Shown: positions 50,522 through 64,000 of the stretch, piece after piece
Layout of the letters: each line of letters begins with the position of its first letter
How positions within the stretch are numbered: position 1 is the stretch's first letter
DNA from: an uncultured Acidobacteriota bacterium
GTDB lineage: Bacteria > Acidobacteriota > Polarisedimenticolia > J045
Assembly: GCA_963702425.1 (NCBI GenBank)
Contig: CAVPCQ010000037.1
Location: 96,001 to 160,000 of the forward strand
Direction: 5' to 3'
DNA length: 64,000 nt
The notes under the pieces: generated by a model
Database searches by the model: none
The model's input: only the letters and a program-made list of their open reading frames with translations
What the model was told of the DNA's origin: nothing
Program-made: the position numbers and the translations under genes

Positions 50522-52108
50522 ATCTTCCGGAGGAGAGCGCCGGCTGGCGGCGCGCCGCCGCCACCGCGGCGGCCGGATCGACGAGACCGAACCCCGATGC
50601 GTCATCCGGTCCAGCCGGGCCGAGGTCTCGGGCCGTTGCGCGGAGGATCGCCTCGACCGCCGGCACGGGAAGCTCGGGGCGGACCTGCATGACGAGCGCG
50701 GCGACGCCGCCGACCCACCCGACCGCGAACGAGGTCCCCGACTCGAGCGTGAGCGACGTGGGATGGGGCGCACCAGGGACCGGGACCTGCCACCCCGGGG
50801 CCGAGAGGTCCGGAAAGACCCCGGTCCGTCCGCCGCACGGGGAGGGCCCGCGCGAGGAGGGACCGATCACCGCGAGCGCCTGGTCGACGGCTGCGATCGC
50901 CAGCGGGCCGCCGGCCCCCGGCACGAACCCCCCGAGGGCCGCGGGAGCCTGGCCGCTCGCCGCGTCGGGGCCGTCGTTGCCGGCGGCGAAGACCGGGACG
51001 ATGCCGGCCGCGCGGGCCGCCGAGACGAACGCGCGGTCGCGCGGATCGCAGTCGGACTTCCCGTGCCCCCACGCGCCGAGCACCACGTCCGGTCGGGCCT
51101 CGAAGATCATCCAGTCGGCGGCGAGCGCCATGTCGATGTTGTTGTAGCTGTTGAAACGGTTGGCGAGCGCGGCCACCCAGGTCGCCCCCGGGGCGGCCCC
51201 GAAGTCGTGCCCCTCGTACGGCCGTGCCACGGCGCAGGCCAGGACCTGGGAGCCGTGCGGCTTGGTGTCGATCGGCTCGCTGCGCTCGCCGCGCGGGTCG
51301 TACCACGACCGCTCGGGCCGGCGCCCGCCGGCGAGCAGCACGTGGTCCCCCATGACCCCGCTGTCGAGGCTCCCCACCACGATGCCGCGCCCGTCGACCC
51401 CGGCCTCCCAGAGCGGGCGCAGGCCGAGCGCCCCGACGCCCCAACTGTCGCCGGGCGGGATCGGCGGCGCCGCCCGGATCGCCGAGCTCGACTCGCGCCG
51501 CTTGTCGCGCACCGAGTCGTATTCGGGAATCAGTTCCGCCACCGCGGGGTGCGCGCGCAGCGGGTCGAGCGCGGCCGGCTTCGCGGAGAGGTAGACCCGG
51601 TTCCTGTACCGGAGGTAGCGGACGAACTCCACCCGCCCGTCCGCCACCAGGTCGTCGAGCAGGGGGGCGATCGCGGCGCGGCCCCGGTCGGCGACGGCAT
51701 CGAGGGCTTCGAGCGATTCGGTGCGGCTGGCCTGGCGGGTCAGGCCGCGTTCGAGCTGGCCGGCCAGCAGGGCCTCGGTGTCGACCTGCTCGCGCAGGTC
51801 GACGAGGAGGCGCAGATAGCCCTCGGACGACAGCTTCCGGCGATCGGAGAACCCGGGATCGAGCGGTCGCAGGGCTGCCGGGCCGGGGTCGGGAGCGAGG
51901 GGGACCCGGTGTGGCGGAAGCGGCCGCCGGGCCCGCACTGGACGCGGGCGGGGGAAGAGACGGGGTCCGGCAGCCGGAAACGGAGACGAGCGCGGCGAGC
52001 GCCGCGAGCGCCCCGAGCGCCGCGAGCCCGGTCCCGGGGATCCCGCGGGCCCCGGACCGCGCGGCCGACCCACCGTCGCGGCGCGCGCCCGGGAAGCCTG
52101 CCGTTCAT
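50520..52108 (-). CDS. S8 family serine peptidase, probable lipoprotein; 5' end frameshifted
   Basis: LDSGV, HGS, FAAGNDG, SSRGP, SGTSFA; LVSVSGC lipobox in an adjacent frame. Confidence 0.8.
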
Positions 52109-52410
52109 CGGTTCGGTTCCCGGGTGTTCGCCGTGCCCGCCCGCCGGTGGGGGATGCCTGGTCGCGTCGTCGTCATGCGGGGAGTGTAGGTCGCGGGGCG
52201 ATGCCGGTCGAAATCCCGTCCGTGCGGGGTGGCTGCTTTCGTCGTACATTGCGACGGCAATCGGGGCACTTTCGGGGCGACGGACGTTGAGGAGGAGCTG
52301 ATGCGGGCCCATACCCCGCCCTTCGCCTCGGCGAGGCCTCGCCTCGCCGTCCGGCGCCCCGGTCCCGTCCCCAGAAACCCGTTCTCGTTCCGTTCTCCGG
52401 AGGTATTCGC

Positions 52411-59489
<7,079 letters not shown>

Positions 59490-59527
59490 TTCCCGTCGTC
59501 GCTCACCGCGGCGAACGCGGACCAGGG

Positions 59528-59562
59528 GCGCCGCCCCTCCTCGTGGGGGGCGGCGCTTTTTT
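59528..59562 (+). terminator. Rho-independent terminator
   Basis: GCGCCGCCCC-N8-GGGGCGGCGC followed by 7 T. Confidence 0.8.
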
Positions 59563-60567
59563 GCGCCGCGGCGCCGGCGCCGGCGCGGGCGCCGGCGGTT
59601 CCTTCGGCTGCGGCCCGTCCCGTCCGGACGCGGAAGAGCCGTCGGTCGAGCCGCACGAGGTCCGCGGGCCAGGGGCTCTCGAAGGTCATCGGCTCGCGGT
59701 TCCGGGGGTGGAGGAAGGCGAGGCGCATCGCGTGCAATGCGACCCGGCCCGGACCGTCGTCGGTCGCGCCGTAGAAGCGGTCCCCGAGGATCGGCCAGCC
59801 CGACGCCCCGAACTGCGCGCGGATCTGGTTGCGGCGGCCGGAGACCAGGCGGACGCGGACCCGCGCGCGCGGCGCCGGGGACTCGGTCATCGCCTCGGTC
59901 TCGTAGGTCAGCTCGGCGTCGCGCGCGTCCCGCGGGCGGATGGCCTGCGCCGGGGCGACGAGCATCCGCAGCGAGCGCGGGTCCTCGCGCAGCAGGTGGT
60001 GCAGCCGGCCGCTCGCCGGCCGCGGCAGCCCCTCCGTCCAGGCGACGTACTCGCGCTGGGGCTGGCGCGCGCGGAACTGGTCGCGCAGCGCATCGGCCGC
60101 GGCGCGGGAGCGGGTGAAGACGACCAGCCCGGAGGTGTCGCGGTCGATCCGGTGGACGACGTGCAGCTCGGGGACGCGGTGGCCGGCGACCTGCAGCGCG
60201 GAGAGCAGGCGCGCGACCAGCGGCGGGTCGTTGGCGTCGGGCTTACCGGTCGGGATCGTGACGATGCCCGGGGCCTTCTCGACGACGACGAGCTCGCCGT
60301 CGAGGTGGATCACGCGGAAACCCGGCCCCTCGATCGGCCGCTCGCGCCGCGGGCGCGGCCCCCGCGCCGCGGTCCCGCCCGGCGCCTCGATCCGCACGCC
60401 GCCGGGCGGCCGCCGCACGGGATCGGCGACGACGGAGCCGTCCACGGTGACACCGCCGGTCTCGATCAGTTCCTTGCCGGCACGGTGGGACAGGCCGAAG
60501 TGCTCGTGCACCAGCGCCGCGAGGGTCCGCCGGTTCCCGGCCGGGACGAGGAAGGACGGCGCGGGGG

Positions 60568-61602
60568 TCACAGCGCGCCGCGACGCTCCTGGTCGCGCTC
60601 GATCGAGCGGAACAGGGCGCCGAAGTTCCCCTCGCCGAACGAGAGGTGGTTCTTGCGCTGGATCAGCTCGATGAAGATCGGGCCGATCAGGTTCTTCGTG
60701 AAGATCTGCAGCAGGTAACCGTCCTCGTCGCCGTCCACCAGCACCTTGTGCCGGCGGATCCGCGCGCGGTCCTCGGTGACGCGCGGCACGCGGTCGAAAA
60801 CGGTCTCGTAGTACGACGGATCGATGTCGAGAGTCTCGATCCCCGAGCCCTCGAGGCGGTCGAGGCTGGCGAGCAGGTCGTGGGTCAGGAAGGCCAGGTG
60901 CTGGATCCCGGGACCGTTGTACTCGCGCAGGTACTCCTCGATCTGCGACCGCTCCTCGCTCCCCTCGTTGATCGGGATGCAGAACGAGCCGTCGGGCGAG
61001 CGCAGCGCGTACGAGGTGAGGCCGGTCTTGACGCCCCGGATGTCGAAGTAGCGGACTTCCGTGAAGCCGAACACGTCGCGATAGAACGACGCCCACTGCT
61101 GCATCGTTCCCTGGCGGACGTTGTTGGTCAGGTGATCGATCGCGACGAACCCCTTGTCGGGGACGAGGGCCGGGTCGTCGTGCGGCCGGAATTCGGCGAG
61201 CCAGGCCGGCGGTTCGCCCGGTTCGACGAAGTGGATCAGGGAGTCGCCGATCCCGTAGATCGCGGGTGCGCCGCCGTAGGCCGGCGGCCCCTCGTACGGC
61301 TTCGCACCGCGCCGCACCGCTTCGGCGAGGGCGGCCGGTGCGCTCTCTACCCGCCATCCCATCGCCGAGATCGACGGGCCGTGGAGCGTGCCGAAGCGGT
61401 GGGCGAACGACGCCGGGTCGCGGTCGAGCAGGAAGTGGATCCCGTGCTGGCGGTAGTGCGCGACGTCGCGCGAGCGGTGGCGCGCGAGCCGCGAGAACCC
61501 GAACGCGCGGAAGAGCGCATCGAGGCGCTCGGGCCCCGGGGAGGTGAACTCGACGAACTCGATGCCGAGCAGGCCGCAGGGGTTGGCAGGGGGGGGAGGC
61601 AT
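60568..61602 (-). CDS. hppD: 4-hydroxyphenylpyruvate dioxygenase
   Basis: IDHLTNNV, GIQHLA, LLQIFT, FIELIQRK, FGEGNF. Confidence 0.95.
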   Translation of the reverse strand: MPPPPANPCGLLGIEFVEFTSPGPERLDALFRAFGFSRLARHRSRDVAHYRQHGIHFLLDRDPASFAHRFGTLHGPSISAMGWRVESAPAALAEAVRRGAKPYEGPPAYGGAPAIYGIGDSLIHFVEPGEPPAWLAEFRPHDDPALVPDKGFVAIDHLTNNVRQGTMQQWASFYRDVFGFTEVRYFDIRGVKTGLTSYALRSPDGSFCIPINEGSEERSQIEEYLREYNGPGIQHLAFLTHDLLASLDRLEGSGIETLDIDPSYYETVFDRVPRVTEDRARIRRHKVLVDGDEDGYLLQIFTKNLIGPIFIELIQRKNHLSFGEGNFGALFRSIERDQERRGAL

Positions 61603-61679
61603 GGGAATCAGGATACCAAGCCGCGCCGCGGTTGGTATCCTCTCCCGTCGCCGCCGCCTCCGGCGGGAGGGGAGGACCG

Positions 61680-62329
61680 GTGCTCGTCTTCTACCAGGCG
61701 CCGTACAGCCATTGGTGCGTCAAGGTCGAGCGGATCCTGCGCGCCAAGGGGATTCCGTTCGAGTCCCGCCGCGTCGGGTACCACGACAAGCAGGCGCTGA
61801 TCGCCGCGACCGGCCAGGACTACGTCCCCGCCCTGGTGGACGGGGGGGAGGTCGTGCTCTGGGCCGCGATCCCGGACTGGTCGAGGCGAGGGCCCCGCAC
61901 CCGACGCTCTATCCCGGCGGCGACCCGGGCCTCCACCGCGTGCTCGAGGACTGGGCGCACGGCCGGCTCGAGGAGATGGTCTGGCGGGTCGTCGTGCCGG
62001 ACATGCCGGCGACGTTCGAAGACCCGCGCGAGCGCTGGGTCTTCGAGGAGATCCAGTTGCTCAAGCGCGGGCCGCTCGAGGTCCTGCGCGCGCGCCGGCC
62101 GGAATTCGAGCGCGACCTCGCCGGGCACCTGGCCCCGCTCGAGCAGATGCTCGCGCCCCGGCCGTTCCTGCTCGCGGACGCGCCCGGGCTGGCCGACTTC
62201 GCGGTCTTCGGGGCACTCGCCCCGCTGGAGTACGCCGGCCACCCGGTCCCGGCCCCGTTCCCGCGTCTCGTCGCCTGGCAGCGCCGGATCGCGGGGATCG
62301 GCGCGGGAGCAAGCGGCGTGGGCTCGTAG
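61680..62329 (+). CDS. Glutathione S-transferase-like protein; frameshift near 61885
   Basis: SHWCVKV, GQDYVPAL, PFLL...PGLADFAVFG. Confidence 0.75.
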
Positions 62330-62369
62330 CCGCCGGGGCGCCTGTAACATGGGCCGTCCGGGAGCCCCG

Positions 62370-63155
62370 ATGCGAAACCTCACCCTCGACCGTCCCCTCG
62401 CCGTCTTCGACCTGGAGACCACCGGGATCGACCCGGCCCGGGACCGCATCGTCGAGATCGCGATCCTGCGGGTCGAGCCGGGAGGCGGGGTCCGGACCCT
62501 GTCGTCCCTGGTCGATCCCGAGATGCCGATCCCGCCGGAGGCCAGTGCGATCCACGGGATCACCGACCTGGCCGTTCGCGAGCAACCGACGCTCGCCGCC
62601 CTCGCGCCCGACATCCTGCGCCAGTTCGAAGGAGCGGACCTGGGCGGCTACAACACGATCAAGTTCGATCTGCCGCTGCTGGTCGCGGACCTGGCGCGGG
62701 CCGGATTCCTGTTCGACGCTGCCGGCCGGCGCCACGTCGACGCGATGCGGATCTTCCACGAGATGGAGCGCCGCGACCTGGCCGCGGCGCTGCGGTTCTA
62801 CTGCGGGCAGGAACTCGAGCAGGCGCACTCCGCGCTCGCCGACGCGTCGGCGACGCTGGCGATCCTCGACGCGCAGCTCGCGCGCTACCCTCAGCTGCCG
62901 CGCGAGCTCGACGGCCTGCACCGGCTCTGCAACCCGGACGAGGGGCGCTTCGTCGACGCGACGCGCAAGCTGGAGTGGGCCGCGGGCGGCGAGGTCGCGC
63001 TGGCCTTCGGCAAACACCGCGGCCGTACGCTGCGCGAGCTCGCGGTCCGCGAACGCTCGTACCTGGAGTGGATCGCCGGGAGCGACTTCACCCCCGAGGT
63101 GAAGGGGATCGTGGCCGAGGCGCTGCGCGGGGTCTTTCCCGGCAAGTCGGGATAG
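62370..63155 (+). CDS. DnaQ-like 3'-5' exonuclease
   Basis: FDLETTG, GYN..KFD, AHSALAD, FGKHRG. Confidence 0.9.
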   Translation: MRNLTLDRPLAVFDLETTGIDPARDRIVEIAILRVEPGGGVRTLSSLVDPEMPIPPEASAIHGITDLAVREQPTLAALAPDILRQFEGADLGGYNTIKFDLPLLVADLARAGFLFDAAGRRHVDAMRIFHEMERRDLAAALRFYCGQELEQAHSALADASATLAILDAQLARYPQLPRELDGLHRLCNPDEGRFVDATRKLEWAAGGEVALAFGKHRGRTLRELAVRERSYLEWIAGSDFTPEVKGIVAEALRGVFPGKSG

Positions 63156-63179
63156 CGGCCCTGGAGGCTCCCCGCGGGC

Positions 63180-64000
63180 TCAGGAGCGCTCGGCGGCCTC
63201 GTTGGCTTCGCGCTGCGTCCGGTGGCCGAGCGCCACGTTCTGCGCCACGAAGCCCATTCCCGCGGCGTTGAGGGCCTGCACGAAGGGGATCTCCTCGAAC
63301 GGTACGACCTCCTCGACGAGCGCGACCACGACCCGCGCCAGGGCGGTATTCTCGCGGCGACGCGCACGGCCGGCGCGGGCCTCGACCTCCAGGTTCGTCG
63401 CGAGGCGCCGCGCCAAGAGGTCCCGCTCGGCGGCGGCGATCTCGGCCAGGTAGACGCGGAAGGCCGGCTCGTCGACGTCGAAGTGGACGCGCGACACGCT
63501 GTCCCGTCGCATGCGGGAGGCGAGGAACGCGTACGCCGCGTCCGATGCGCAGTAGAGCTCTTCGCAGAGCGGGAGCTTCGCGAGCAGTTCCGAACCGTCG
63601 ACCAGCGCGCCCGAGCGCGGCCAGCGGTCCAGCGCGTACGCGGAGAGGTCGGGCTCCCGGCGTTGCGCCGCGAGCGGCTCCTCGCCCAGGAGGTGGCGAT
63701 AGAGCAGGCACGGCGCCGGCGCAGGGCGACCCGCCGCAGCGTGGAAGGCAAAGGAGTCGGCGACGATCGAGCGCGCGAACGGCAGGTCGGCCGGCGCGAT
63801 CGAGACGCCCCCCGCGAGCTCGAGGCCGCGCACCAGCCGGGAACCGCCTTCCGGGACGAAGAAGACGTCCTTGACCCCTTCGACGTCGTTCACGAGCAGG
63901 CAGAGCGCGGAGCGATCGCGGCCCGCGCGGAAGAGCAGGCCGATCTGCCGCGAGCCCGCGCCGTCGACGATCGTCGCCCAGCCCCGCGTGAAGGCCGGGC
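63180..64000 (-). CDS. Hypothetical protein, 5' end outside window
   Basis: Open frame with host-like codon use running to the window edge. Confidence 0.55.
   Translation of the reverse strand, partial: PAFTRGWATIVDGAGSRQIGLLFRAGRDRSALCLLVNDVEGVKDVFFVPEGGSRLVRGLELAGGVSIAPADLPFARSIVADSFAFHAAAGRPAPAPCLLYRHLLGEEPLAAQRREPDLSAYALDRWPRSGALVDGSELLAKLPLCEELYCASDAAYAFLASRMRRDSVSRVHFDVDEPAFRVYLAEIAAAERDLLARRLATNLEVEARAGRARRRENTALARVVVALVEEVVPFEEIPFVQALNAAGMGFVAQNVALGHRTQREANEAAERS

Overview
High-GC bacterial chromosome segment; gene content and style suggest an Acidobacteriota-like organism (inference). Scattered single-base frameshifts suggest a long-read assembly. Bases 1-10932 are the right part of an integrated phage-satellite-like element: excisionase-like HTH, AAA_25 replication ATPase, iteron origin, small terminase, HK97-type capsid, sigma-region-4 protein, TIR-domain cargo and tyrosine integrase, ending 1 bp before a complete tRNA-Lys(UUU). 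The main observation is that most of this element carries a dense, patchy, two-strand substitution pattern. It is mostly C>A, with some C>T and C>G, at the 3' C of YC, equivalent to the 5' G of GR. It turns conserved Pro into Gln and Ser/Trp codons into stops and raises CTAG strongly, while neighbouring host DNA appears unaffected. This is either RIP-like targeted hypermutation of a mobile element or miscalled chemically modified DNA. The rest is host DNA: pstSCAB, qNor with an operator-overlapped promoter, MscS, a hybrid kinase, ilvE, pilT, recX, alaS, hppD and others. It also holds four large secreted proteins sharing a Cys-containing C-terminal domain and a duplicated two-gene operon of unrecognised lipoproteins with conserved promoters.
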